Positions 37,661 to 47,372 of a stretch of 64,000 nucleotides of DNA are shown one piece after another. Both the position numbers and the translations under genes were made by a program. Numbering within the stretch: the first letter of the stretch is position 1; each line of letters starts with the position of its first letter. The notes beneath the pieces were generated by a model, which ran no database searches, had not been told where the DNA came from, and saw only the letters and a list, made by a program, of their open reading frames with translations. This stretch comes from Candidatus Aegiribacteria sp. MLS_C (lineage in GTDB: Bacteria > Fermentibacterota > Fermentibacteria > Fermentibacterales > JCC-6), in NCBI GenBank assembly GCA_002030045.1, contig LQBI01000002.1, positions 136,676 to 200,675 of the forward strand, given 5' to 3'.

Positions 37661-39085
37661 TCACAGCCTCGTAAGCCGGATCATGTTGGTCTTTCCGTGT
37701 TCCTGCAGGGGCATGCTGCCGACGTGGACTATGATGTCACCGCTGGAGGCGAGGCCAGCTTCAGCCAGGAACCGGGTCGAACGGTTGACGTAATCCTCGA
37801 TATGGCCCGTGCTCTCCATGTAGAATCCCCTCACTCCCCAGACCAGCGACAGCATGGGGAGGAGTTCACGGTTCATGGTGAATGCGTATATGTCGGCCTC
37901 GGGCCTGTGCGAGGATATTCGGACCGCCGTATGGCCCGAGTGGGTGAAAGTCACTATTGCCCTGGCTCCCGTCTCCCCGGCCATCTCCACGGCGCTGAAG
38001 CAGATGGAATCGGGGAGCGAACCGCCCTGTTCCGCGGACCCCCCCCTCACAGCGATCATGACACCTTCTTCCTCGGTACGGTCGATGATCCTCTGTATAT
38101 TGCGCACCACGAGTCCAGGATGCCTGCCTACGGCGGTCTCGCCGCTGAGCATCAGAGAATCGGCTCCCTCCAGTACGGCGTTCGCCACGTCCGCAGCTTC
38201 CGCCCTGGTCGGACGGTAGCTGTTGATCATGCTCTCCATCATCTGGGTAGCTATGATCACAGGAGTGGCCGCGGCTATGCACTTCCTGACGATCATCTTC
38301 TGCAGCATGGGTACCCTGTCGAAGTCCATCTCCACTCCGAGGTCCCCCCTGGCAACCATCACGGCATCGGACACAGCGATTATCGAGTCGATGTTATTCA
38401 CCGCCTCCGGCTTCTCGATCTTGGCGATCAGCCTCGCGCTGCTGCCGCGCTCCAGGACCATATTCCTCAGTGTCTCCATGTCCGAAGCGGACCTCACGAA
38501 TGACAGGGCTATCCAGTCCAGCCCCAGGTCCATGGCGAAAAGGGCGTCCTCCTCGTCCTTTGGCGTCATGGAAGGCAGCGAGAGCCTGGTGGATGGGAGG
38601 TTAACCCCCTTCCTGGAGAGGAGCCGCCCCCCCTGTTCGACCCTGGTCTCCACGCCTTCAGCGGGAAGGGTCCCTGTCACCTCCAGCTGTATCCTGCCGT
38701 CGTCCAGCAGGATCCTGTCCCCCGGCACAACTTCCTCGGAAAGGGCGGGGTAGTCCACCGTAACACGGCCCTTTGAAGGCACGCCGCCGGCGGCCAGCAG
38801 CAGTTCCTGGCCCTCCACCAGGTCCAGGAAACCTCCGTCCAGCTCTCCCACCCTGATCTTCGGGCCCTGGAGGTCGCCAAGCAGGGCCACGGACGTGCCG
38901 AGTTCCCTGTTCAGGTCCCTGACCATCGCCACCATGGACCGGTGCTCCTCCCGCGTGCCGTGGGAGAAGTTTATCCTGCAGGCGTCAAGACCTTCTTCGA
39001 ACATGCTCCTGAGCACCCGCTCGCCGGAGGAAGCCGGCCCAAGTGTCGCTATGAGCCTTGTGCGGGATTGCCTGTGAATTGGCAC
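37661..39085 (-). CDS. pyk: Pyruvate kinase
   Basis: N-terminal IATLGPAS, FSHG, and K/Mg-site motifs (MVARGDLGVE). GTG start at 39085 with GAGGGGAGA upstream. The tracked ORF begins at a TTG at 39124. Confidence 0.85.
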   Translation of the reverse strand: MPIHRQSRTRLIATLGPASSGERVLRSMFEEGLDACRINFSHGTREEHRSMVAMVRDLNRELGTSVALLGDLQGPKIRVGELDGGFLDLVEGQELLLAAGGVPSKGRVTVDYPALSEEVVPGDRILLDDGRIQLEVTGTLPAEGVETRVEQGGRLLSRKGVNLPSTRLSLPSMTPKDEEDALFAMDLGLDWIALSFVRSASDMETLRNMVLERGSSARLIAKIEKPEAVNNIDSIIAVSDAVMVARGDLGVEMDFDRVPMLQKMIVRKCIAAATPVIIATQMMESMINSYRPTRAEAADVANAVLEGADSLMLSGETAVGRHPGLVVRNIQRIIDRTEEEGVMIAVRGGSAEQGGSLPDSICFSAVEMAGETGARAIVTFTHSGHTAVRISSHRPEADIYAFTMNRELLPMLSLVWGVRGFYMESTGHIEDYVNRSTRFLAEAGLASSGDIIVHVGSMPLQEHGKTNMIRLTRL

Positions 39086-39101
39086 CGGATTCAGTCTCCC
39101 C

Positions 39102-39443
39102 TCATAGGACAACAAGTACTGCAAACACCCCGAGGGTCCCAGCGATGACGGCGAGTACGGCAGTGCAGGAGCCGCCGGCCTTCAGGCCCATCTCCCTGGC
39201 CATGGACTCCACAGCCAGTCTGGATTCCTTCAGCGAACCGGGGATATGCTTCCTGTGCAGCTTTAACGCCTCGATCCTCTTTCCGTCTCGCAGGAGTTGC
39301 TCTATTTCGTGCCTGGCTTCGGGCGGCAGGTGCTTGTCGTCACCTCTGCCGCCGTCGTCGGTACTGATCACAGACCCGCAGTAGGGACAGGTCACCAGAC
39401 CTTCCCACCCCTTCCCGGAAGACCGCCCCCGCAGTTGGGACAT
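39102..39443 (-). CDS. Hypothetical zinc-ribbon protein with a C-terminal transmembrane anchor
   Basis: CPYCGS zinc-ribbon half-site. A segment resembling the ribosomal L7/L12 C-terminal domain (KRIEALKLHRKHIPGSLKESRLAVESMAR). C-terminal hydrophobic helix. Confidence 0.35.
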   Translation of the reverse strand: MSQLRGRSSGKGWEGLVTCPYCGSVISTDDGGRGDDKHLPPEARHEIEQLLRDGKRIEALKLHRKHIPGSLKESRLAVESMAREMGLKAGGSCTAVLAVIAGTLGVFAVLVVL

Positions 39444-39623
39444 TCGAATGACATTTCCATCGCTTCTTCTCCAGCCGGTAGTGTTCACAGCGTGCAGGGC
39501 GGACAGGGATTAAGATAACCATGCCGTCGGACAGGTCAAATGCGGGTTTCCGGCACCGGTGTTTGTGCGGCGCCCGTTATGGGTGATATTCCTCCACACA
39601 CGTACACGGAAGGAAGGTGGATC

Positions 39624-39878
39624 ATGAAACTGGAGGTCAGATTCGACAGCGGCCCGGAGAGAATAGTGGCCATGGCGGCTTTCATCGCGATACTCGCGAT
39701 GGTGTTCATGCTTGGCTATCTGATCTCACCGGGAGCCGCATACGCGGAATGGGACAATTCAAGCTCCTTCGGTGACAGCTACTATCTCAGGCAGATAGCG
39801 GAGAACATCGATGATGTCGTGGAGGGACTTTCGGACATATCCGGAACCCTGGGAGAGATCGAGAGATCCCTGCCCTGA
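39624..39878 (+). CDS. Small hypothetical membrane protein
   Basis: MKLEVRFD start with a GGAAGGAAGG Shine-Dalgarno. Single TM helix followed by an acidic C-terminus. Confidence 0.3.
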   Translation: MKLEVRFDSGPERIVAMAAFIAILAMVFMLGYLISPGAAYAEWDNSSSFGDSYYLRQIAENIDDVVEGLSDISGTLGEIERSLP

Positions 39879-39901
39879 ACAGGGTGGCTCCTACATGAAA
39901 A

Positions 39902-39925
39902 GGGTCCGGCAGCGGGTCCGGACCC
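39902..39925. terminator. Palindromic GC hairpin gggtccgg-cagcgggt-ccggaccc between convergent genes
   Basis: Seen directly. No U-tract, so possibly bidirectional. Confidence 0.3.
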
Positions 39926-39950
39926 TCTATGCGCCGTAACGAGGAATATC

Positions 39951-40286
39951 CTACCTGGTGTCCGTGCTCAGGATCCTTCCTATGAGCCATGAGAGAGGTA
40001 TCCAGAGAATGAAGGCTCCGAGGAAGAATGGCAGGGAATGGGGTATTCCCAGCTCACCGCCGTGGAGACTTACTATTCCGGCTGTACTCCAGCCAAGGAG
40101 CAGCAGACCGAAAACCACATGGGCCATCTCGTTCAGCCCCCTGGCGAATGACGCCAGACCCACTGCAGCGAAGAACAGGGGCCACCACTTGCCCACCGAG
40201 ACCCCCAGGCCCCACAGGAGCAGCAGGATGCCAGCTCCGCCGAACAGGAACGAGAAGATCATCAATCCTCTGCTTCTTCTAGCCAT
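39951..40286 (-). CDS. Small polytopic membrane protein (LiaF-N-terminal-like)
   Basis: Three or four TM helices, basic N-terminus. No catalytic motifs. Confidence 0.4.
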   Translation of the reverse strand: MARRSRGLMIFSFLFGGAGILLLLWGLGVSVGKWWPLFFAAVGLASFARGLNEMAHVVFGLLLLGWSTAGIVSLHGGELGIPHSLPFFLGAFILWIPLSWLIGRILSTDTR

Positions 40287-40289
40287 TTG

Positions 40290-40787
40290 CTACCCTCCCC
40301 GCACCGGGGGTATCAGGCTGGTAAGGTCTATTCGCCATTCTCCCCCGATCTTCCGTACGATGATCTCCTGAGGACCATCCTCGGTTCTGACCACGACTAC
40401 TCCGACCAGGCTGTCAGGATAGCTCACCGATCGGATGCTGGTGCTGAGATTATGTACATCTTCGGCGTCGCCGACCATCCTCGTGAAGATGTCCCGACCC
40501 GTTAGGGACAGGAACTCCTCCTCGGTCATGCCGCCCATCAGTTCCGTCACGGCCTGTTCGGACTCGGTCCATCCGAACCGGTGGAGTACGGTGGCGGTGG
40601 AGTCGAACCAGTCCTGAGATTCCGGAGTGAGAAGGTCCCATGCCTGCTGGTAGCTGGAATCGGACATGGCCTCCGCGAACTCCTTCACGGCTCCGGATGC
40701 ACCGTCTGAACCGCCGCAGCCTGCAAGCAGGGCAAGAATGACCGCCGGGACCGCGAGTCTGCCTCTGAGCGCTACGGGACTTCTCAC
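40290..40787 (-). CDS. Hypothetical lipoprotein
   Basis: Lipobox LLAGCGG. NTF2/DUF4878-like size. Confidence 0.45.
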   Translation of the reverse strand: MRSPVALRGRLAVPAVILALLAGCGGSDGASGAVKEFAEAMSDSSYQQAWDLLTPESQDWFDSTATVLHRFGWTESEQAVTELMGGMTEEEFLSLTGRDIFTRMVGDAEDVHNLSTSIRSVSYPDSLVGVVVVRTEDGPQEIIVRKIGGEWRIDLTSLIPPVRGG

Positions 40788-42022
40788 AGCAGATGCACCA
40801 GCAGACCGCTGCGAAGCTTGGGTTCGAACCAGGTCGACTTGGGAGGCATCACCTGACCGCTCTCCGCCACATCGATAAGCTGATCGACGGAAGTGGGATA
40901 AAGTGAGAAGGCGACGCGGTACTTTCCTGAATCCACCATTCTGCTGAGGGTTCCGGTCCCCCTTATTCCTCCCACGAAATCTATCCTGTCGCTCGTTCTG
41001 GGATCGTCTATTCCCAGTACCGGTCCGAGAAGGTTTTCCTGCAGGATGCTGGCGTCCAGGCTCCTGACGGGATCGTTCTCGGGGAAGGAGCCCTTCCTCG
41101 GCTCCAGCCCGTACCAGGAACCGTCGAGGTACATGGAGTAGCTGCGTCTCGAGACCGGTTCGGAAGGAACACCCTCCGTCACATGGAACTTATCGGAGAT
41201 GAGGCCGAGGAATTCACCGGAGGAGAGACCGTTGAGGTCGACCACCACCCGGTTGTACGGCAATATCATCATCTGGCTCTTCGGGAAGAGCACCGCCAGG
41301 AAGAAGTTGTACTCCTCCTTGCCTGTATGGTTGACGTTGATCGATCTGCGGTGCCGGGCCACCAGCGTCCCCGCGGCGCTCCGATGGTGACCGTCCGCTA
41401 CGTAAAGGCTGTCAACTCCTCGGAAGATTTCCCTTATGCGGTCGATGTCAGCCTGGTCGCTTACCAGCCAGACTGAGTGCCTCACTCCGTCCGGTGCGGT
41501 GAAATCGTATTCCGGAGCGTTCTCGGAGCACACCCTCTTCTGAATGGCATCGAACTCGGGAACGTCGTGGTAGGTGAGGAATACTGGGCCGCACTGGGCG
41601 TTCTGGGTCTCGATGTGCCGTATCCTGTCCTCCTCCTTTACCTTCCTTGTGAACTCGTGCTTCTTTATCAGGTTGTTCTCGTAGTCTTCCGCAGACACCG
41701 TTGCTACGAGACCCACCTGGGAGTGGTCACCCATTATCTGCCTGTAGAGGTAGAACATGGGTTTCCTCTCCTGTATCATCTCACCGTGTTCCATGAGGTG
41801 CCTCAGGTTGAAGGCACCCTGCTCGTATACCCTGCTGTCGTAGAGGTCGATCGATGGATCCAGGTCAACCTCCGGCTTCACGACCCTGAGAAAGCTAAGG
41901 GGATTTTCTAGTACTATTTCGCGGGCCTCGTCCGAATCCAGGACGTCGTACGGGGGAGACGCGATCTTTTCGGCCAGCTCCCTCGCCGGCCTCAGCCCGT
42001 TGAAAGGTCTGACGGTTGCCAT
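40784..42022 (-). CDS. DUF1015-domain protein
   Basis: Length and conserved blocks (PPYDVLD, GPVFLTYH, YVADGHHRSAAG) are consistent with the DUF1015 family. ATG at 42022. Confidence 0.45.
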   Translation of the reverse strand: MATVRPFNGLRPARELAEKIASPPYDVLDSDEAREIVLENPLSFLRVVKPEVDLDPSIDLYDSRVYEQGAFNLRHLMEHGEMIQERKPMFYLYRQIMGDHSQVGLVATVSAEDYENNLIKKHEFTRKVKEEDRIRHIETQNAQCGPVFLTYHDVPEFDAIQKRVCSENAPEYDFTAPDGVRHSVWLVSDQADIDRIREIFRGVDSLYVADGHHRSAAGTLVARHRRSINVNHTGKEEYNFFLAVLFPKSQMMILPYNRVVVDLNGLSSGEFLGLISDKFHVTEGVPSEPVSRRSYSMYLDGSWYGLEPRKGSFPENDPVRSLDASILQENLLGPVLGIDDPRTSDRIDFVGGIRGTGTLSRMVDSGKYRVAFSLYPTSVDQLIDVAESGQVMPPKSTWFEPKLRSGLLVHLL

Positions 42023-42275
42023 GAGCACCTCCAGGAGTGGAATCGACTCGCAAAAAAAAAGACTACGAAGTTGAAACTTACCTGAGAACAGCAACATGGA
42101 ATCTACTGCCCGTTAGTTCCCGAGGCAATAGCTGCACAATAGAAACAAAACTTTATCCAATATAACAATTCATTCATGCGCATCTTTAGATTCGGCGGTC
42201 ATCACAAGCCCGGTGCTCCGGCGCTCACAGCATCCGGTCCGTGCAGGGACCTGCCGCGTCCGAGAATACTCCGTA

Positions 42276-44073
42276 TCAGCCGTATGCGCCTGCCTGTATG
42301 CTGTACATCTCGCTGTAGATGGCGCCGGCCCTCATCAACTCCTCGTGGGATCCGGTCTCTACGATGCGCCCCCCCCCTCATCACCGCGATCCTGTCGGCC
42401 ATCCTGACGGTGGAGAACCTGTGGGAGACCACCAGGGATATACGGTCACGGGCAATCTCACGGAACCTGCGAAAGAGTTCCTCCTCCGACCTGGGGTCCA
42501 GGGAGCTGGTGGGCTCGTCCAGAAGGACTATTCGCGCTTTCCTGTAGAACGCCCTTGCCAGGGCGATCTTCTGCCATTCTCCCTCCGAAAGCTCCCTGCC
42601 GTCCGGGAACCATCTGCCGAGGACCGTATCGTATCCACGGGGCATTCCGGAGATCAGTTCGTGGATACCGGCCTCTCTGGCGGCCCTTATCATGCCGTCG
42701 CCTTCGGACCTTCGCCCGATGTCCCCCATGGATATGTTCTCCGCCGCCGTCAGCTGGTACCTGGCATAGTCCTGGAAAAGTACGCTGATACTGCTCCTCA
42801 GCCGGCGGGGGTCCATTCCGGTGAGTGGTACGCCGTCCACCCTGATGACACCGGAGTCGGGGTCGTAAAGCCTGCATACGAGTTTCACCAGAGTTGTCTT
42901 GCCAGATCCGTTCTCGCCGACGAGGGCCACCATCTCGCCGGGACGGACGGAGAGCGATGCGTCCCTTACTGCCGGAGAATCGGCTCCTGGATAGGTGAAG
43001 GAGACCTTCTCAAGGAACAGGCCCTCGATGACAGGGTCGGGGAATGCCAGGGGATGCTCGGGGGTGGCCACCTCGGACCGGAGGTCGAGGAACTCGAACA
43101 GGTTCTGCAGGAACAGTGTGCCCTCGTAGAGGTCCGCCAGGTTGCCCAGAAGACCTCTCAGGTATCCCATGCCCTGCCTGAAGGCCTGGAAGTACATGAC
43201 CATGCTGCCGATGGTGATAAGACCCAGGAAGGTCCTCCATGCGATGAACGCCAGGGACCCGTAGACCAGTACGGTGGCCAGGGATTCCGTCGCCATCTCC
43301 GCCCTTGCCCTCCTCCTGGCTATGGACATCGATTCCTCCCTGAGGAGGGTGCGGAGTTCACGGTACCTTGCCCTGAAGCGGTCGCCGAGACCGAACAGCC
43401 TGAGTTCCTTGGCGTGCTGTACCGATGTAAGCAGCCAGTGCATGTACCAGGAGCGTCTTTCGGTCTCCGTCCTGTCCCTCCGCCACCGCCATTTGATCCT
43501 GGAGAACCTGAGCTTCACCAGCAGGCCGGGAAGGGCGGCGGCCGCAAGGACAAGGGAGACCGACCAGTGGAACGAGAGGAGAAGCCCGACCATTGCCAGG
43601 AAGGAGACGGAGTTCCTGAAGGTGGTGACAAGGTCCCGGACGATGGCCGTGGGCCTGTATGGAGCCTCCTCCTGGGCCCGGTGCAGGGAATCGTGGAAGC
43701 GCGGGTCCTCGTAATACGCCAGGTCCACCTCCACGGACCTCCGGTGAAGCACGTCCTGCATGTGGTCGGTGACGACCATGGACTGCGCCTGCTCGACCAC
43801 AGAGGAAACGGACTTCACCGTGGCCGTCAGAAGGGTAGCCAGCCCCATCATGACCACAAGCAGGAGAATGCCATCGAACTGCACGTACCCGGTTCCGAGT
43901 GACATGTCCAGGGCATCTATGAGAAGCTTGACGAGGTAGAGCGGCACCAGCGGCAGAACACCCTCCAGAGTACTGAGGCAAACACCGGCAACCGCCAGCC
44001 GGCGGCTGCTGCGCCAAACCATCGAGACGGCCCTGCCCAGCATCATCGGGCGGCCTGTTTCACCTGCTGTCAT
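42276..44073 (-). CDS. ABC exporter, fused permease and ATP-binding protein (MsbA/type I exporter-like). The reading frame is interrupted by one extra base in a 9-nt homopolymer (+ strand C9 at 42369-42377).
   Basis: Six TM helices, then Walker A (GENGSGKTT), ABC signature (LSEGEWQKIALARA), Walker B (IVLLDEPTS) and H-loop (VVSHRF). Removing one G restores a canonical C-terminus ...RIAVMRGGRIVETGSHEELMRAGAIYSEMYSIQAGAYG* ending at 42276. Confidence 0.7.
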
Positions 44074-44152
44074 GGAACGAATCTAGCATCACCTGCCGGG
44101 GACAACCACCGGCGGGCTGGCTGATACGCCCTGCCGGGCTTATCAATCGTCC

Positions 44153-45139
44153 ATGGAATACTACACTCCCCCGATGGACGGGGTTACTGCGGCCGCATGC
44201 AGCTGGCTCCTGGCGGGATCCCCTTCCGGAGGCTACTCGGGACCGGTCCCCGAAAAGGGGCACGGCCTGGCTCCCCTTCTGGCAGGCGAGACAGGGGACA
44301 CCGACACCGCCATGCGTTCGGAGGCCGCCTGGCTGAGGCGTAGAGAGTCCCTGAGGAGTGTCCTGGCGCGTCTCGGGGAGAGGGGGACGGAGCTGTGGGC
44401 TTTCAAGGGTTTCGACCTGGCCGGCACCCTCTATCCGTTCCCCGGGGCCAGACCCATGAGCGACGTGGACCTTTTCGTGAGGAAGCGGGACCTGCCGGTG
44501 ATCCTGGAGGCTTTCAGGATGGACGGCTGGTCCGCCGCCTCTCCCGGGAGCGGATTGCTTTCCGCGGGCATAGTCTCCGAGATCAAACTCATGAAGGAAC
44601 GCATGATAGTGGAACTCCACACGCACATCTTCTACTTCCCTGCCCTCTTTCCCGGGCGGTTCCCTCCCGGTATCCTGCTTCGGGGCAGGGAGCTGGAGCC
44701 CGGTGTCAGGGGCTTTCCCTGGGACTTCGAACTTCTGCTGGTGGTACTGCACATGCTCTCCAACCCGACGGTCCGGCCGGTATGGTGGACGGACATCATC
44801 CTCCTCTGCATGGAGATGAACAGGTCCGGCCTGTGGAGAGAGTTCGCCAGAGGCGCCTGGATGAGCGGTTTCGCACGTCCGGTCTCCGCGGTCCTGGTTG
44901 CCGCCGGCGAAGAGGGAGCAAGGGTACCCGACACTGTTCTCCGAATGCTGGCGGGGTCCCCAGAAGCCCCGCCGGGAATACTGGAGGCGCTGAGAACGGG
45001 AAGCAGGCGTCCGACTGTCATGACCCTGCGCTACATGACCGGATGGAGGAGGATCTCCTGGCTCTATTCGCTGCTGTGGATGCTTGTCTCTGGAAGGTCT
45101 GCTCAGTCATGGGATCGGACCGGAGCCGTCAGCCGATGA
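44153..45139 (+). CDS. Uncharacterised nucleotidyltransferase family protein (PF14907/NTP_transf_5-like)
   Basis: Motif FKGFDLAGTLYPFPGARPMSDVDLFV, matching the GS...D.D nucleotidyltransferase fold signature. Confidence 0.5.
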   Translation: MEYYTPPMDGVTAAACSWLLAGSPSGGYSGPVPEKGHGLAPLLAGETGDTDTAMRSEAAWLRRRESLRSVLARLGERGTELWAFKGFDLAGTLYPFPGARPMSDVDLFVRKRDLPVILEAFRMDGWSAASPGSGLLSAGIVSEIKLMKERMIVELHTHIFYFPALFPGRFPPGILLRGRELEPGVRGFPWDFELLLVVLHMLSNPTVRPVWWTDIILLCMEMNRSGLWREFARGAWMSGFARPVSAVLVAAGEEGARVPDTVLRMLAGSPEAPPGILEALRTGSRRPTVMTLRYMTGWRRISWLYSLLWMLVSGRSAQSWDRTGAVSR

Positions 45140-46235
45140 GGACGGACCTCTTTTTCCTGAACTCGTTCCCCACGACCACGGCTCCGAGGATCACCGGAAG
45201 GTAGAGTATGAAGAACCTCTGCAGGAGAGTGAAAACCATCAGCGAGTCCCTTCCGATGACCGTGGCCATCAGTGCCGCTATCGAGACTTCGGCGATCCCG
45301 CTGGCGCCTGGGCTTATGGAGTAGTAGGAGATGAAGAGGACCAGGGCCTGTATGCAAATGACCGTGAGCAGGTCTCCGGATTCCCCGAGTCCGACCATGA
45401 TGAAGTATGCGAGCACGAACTTGTTGATGTAGAGGACGAAGGTGAGGAACACCGCCAGCACGGGAACGTATACCCTCCGACCCAGGAACATCGAGCAGGA
45501 TTCCTTGTACGCGGTAAGTTCCTTGACAACCTTCCCCGTGATCCTTCCTATTCCGGCCCTGAACCTCGGCAGTCTCGCGGCCATGGCTCCCGACAGTTTC
45601 TGTATGACCCTGAGGGCAGCATCCGGCTTCCATACCGCCAGCACGTAGACCACGAGCTGTATGACGAACACGATCAGGCAGAAGTAGAGTATGCTCCTGA
45701 TCAGGGGATCGAAGGAATCCCTCAGCACGTAGGCGGATAACCCCGCCGAGACCACGAAGAAGATTATCGTGGCAAGCAGGTTGAGGACGCCGACGGAGAT
45801 GGCCTTGCCCATGGAGACGCCGGCATTGTGGTAGACGTAGAGCTGGGCCGGTCCTCCTGCGCTCTGAGAGGGAGTGACCGCGCCCATGAATATGTTGGCC
45901 AGGTTGGCCCTCACGCTGGTCCAGAAGGACACTCTTTCGCCCATTGCCATGAAAAAGATATGGTTGCGCAGGGCGCCCACGGTCATGTCCACCGCGGAAA
46001 GAGCCAGGACCAGGATGAAGTAACCCGGCTGTATGTGCCTCATGGCCTCTACGGTGCGGCCGGTGTGAGTGTAGATGAAGATCCCGGCGAGCGCGGCTAT
46101 GGTGAGTACGGCGAACACGTAGATACCCTTGCGGATCCTGGCCGAGCTGAAACCCTCCATTCCGGGAGGGAGACCGTCGCTTCCGGGATGAGCCCTGTCA
46201 TCGGCCGTGCCGGGCCTGGCGTTCTCGTCTGACAT
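45129..46235 (-). CDS. Flippase-like / lysylphosphatidylglycerol-synthase-TM-region-like membrane protein (UPF0104)
   Basis: About 8 TM helices, a conserved-looking mid-loop, and C-terminal RKKR. An M at 46235 follows an arginine/acidic-rich leader. Confidence 0.45.
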   Translation of the reverse strand: MSDENARPGTADDRAHPGSDGLPPGMEGFSSARIRKGIYVFAVLTIAALAGIFIYTHTGRTVEAMRHIQPGYFILVLALSAVDMTVGALRNHIFFMAMGERVSFWTSVRANLANIFMGAVTPSQSAGGPAQLYVYHNAGVSMGKAISVGVLNLLATIIFFVVSAGLSAYVLRDSFDPLIRSILYFCLIVFVIQLVVYVLAVWKPDAALRVIQKLSGAMAARLPRFRAGIGRITGKVVKELTAYKESCSMFLGRRVYVPVLAVFLTFVLYINKFVLAYFIMVGLGESGDLLTVICIQALVLFISYYSISPGASGIAEVSIAALMATVIGRDSLMVFTLLQRFFILYLPVILGAVVVGNEFRKKRSVLIG

Positions 46236-46410
46236 CAACTGAAGGTCCCGGTCATCTCGTCCTCCGGTGAGTGGGCGCCTGGGATTCAGCATGAAGATAA
46301 TACGGTTCCCGGCTGTAACGCCAGCAGAGGGTGTATACGGACCGCGATCCGGTTATCTTATCATCTGCAGAGCCGGGGAACTTCGATCGAAAGGGGGGAA
46401 GGAGGCTATC

Positions 46411-46872
46411 ATGATTGCGCTGTCGATATGGAGCACCGCCTTCGGCAACGGTGACGCGATCCCGGTGATGTACACCGCTGACGGTGAGGATATCTCACCG
46501 CCGCTCGACTGGGAACTCAGCGGGCAGGCCGAGACTTTCGCCCTGATATGCGAGGATCCCGACGCTCCGATGGGGACATGGGTGCACTGGGTCATCTACA
46601 ACATACCCGGAGACGTCCGCCACCTTGGGACGGGTGTGCCTTCCTCGGAGGTACTGCCGGACGGGTCCCTCCAGGGAGTGAACAGCTGGGGCGATATCGG
46701 TTACGGAGGCCCTGCCCCGCCTTCGGGTAAGCACAGGTATTTCTTCATCCTCTACGCTCTGAAGGAACCGGTTGACCTTCCTTCCGGCGCTTCGGCCGCC
46801 GAGCTCCGCGAGGCGATGGAAGGTCTCATAGTTCAGGAAGCTCAGACGATGGGGGAGTACGGCAGGGATTAG
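46411..46872 (+). CDS. YbhB/YbcL-family phosphatidylethanolamine-binding protein (PEBP, Raf kinase inhibitor-like)
   Basis: Motifs DISPPLDW, LICEDPDAP, HWVIYNIP, GGPAPPSGKHRYFFILYAL. GGAGG Shine-Dalgarno. Confidence 0.8.
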   Translation: MIALSIWSTAFGNGDAIPVMYTADGEDISPPLDWELSGQAETFALICEDPDAPMGTWVHWVIYNIPGDVRHLGTGVPSSEVLPDGSLQGVNSWGDIGYGGPAPPSGKHRYFFILYALKEPVDLPSGASAAELREAMEGLIVQEAQTMGEYGRD

Positions 46873-47320
46873 GTTCGGTCCCCTCCAAGATGACCACGGT
46901 CCAGAACGGGGGAAGCTCCTCGCTGGAAAGCCCATCGTGCATCTTCTCGATCCTGTCCGCGGGGACTCCATGGATGTTCCTCGCCAGCGCGGTCGGGACG
47001 TCGCAGCAGAGCTGGACTATCTTGACGTCGTGACCGTAGGCGCTGGCCAGGCTGTAGTAGGGTGATATCTCCCATGCCCTTATCGCGGTGTTGTCCACTA
47101 TCACCACCTGTGCAGTGTCCTGTAACTCATGCCTTTCCAGGGAGGCCATGGTCTCCGCGAAGTTCCTCAGGCACCAGGAGTGGGCCTCCGATATCCGTTC
47201 GCCGTCGAACCTGTATACTCCCTCATCGTCGAGGAAGAAGCTGTCCGCAGAGCAGACCACCGCATCGGGATGGTTGAGCCGGGCCCAGGTCGACTTCCCC
47301 GCCCCGGGTATACCCCTCAT
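46826..47320 (-). CDS. P-loop NTPase (AAA_33/polynucleotide-kinase-like ATP-binding protein)
   Basis: Walker A GIPGAGKST at the N-terminus, Walker B-like VVIVDNT. The start may lie upstream. Confidence 0.5.
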   Translation of the reverse strand: MRGIPGAGKSTWARLNHPDAVVCSADSFFLDDEGVYRFDGERISEAHSWCLRNFAETMASLERHELQDTAQVVIVDNTAIRAWEISPYYSLASAYGHDVKIVQLCCDVPTALARNIHGVPADRIEKMHDGLSSEELPPFWTVVILEGTEPNPCRTPPSSELPEL

Positions 47321-47372
47321 GATAAGTACCTCAGCCAGGGCAGCTACCTCCCGGATTACTGAGTGGCAAGGG

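Noticed and set aside
39889-39930. Annotating every GC-rich palindrome as a Rho-independent terminator
   Set aside because: Several hairpins (34630-34700, 39902-39925) lack a U-tract. They are listed with low confidence only and may instead be Rho-dependent pause sites or REP-like elements.
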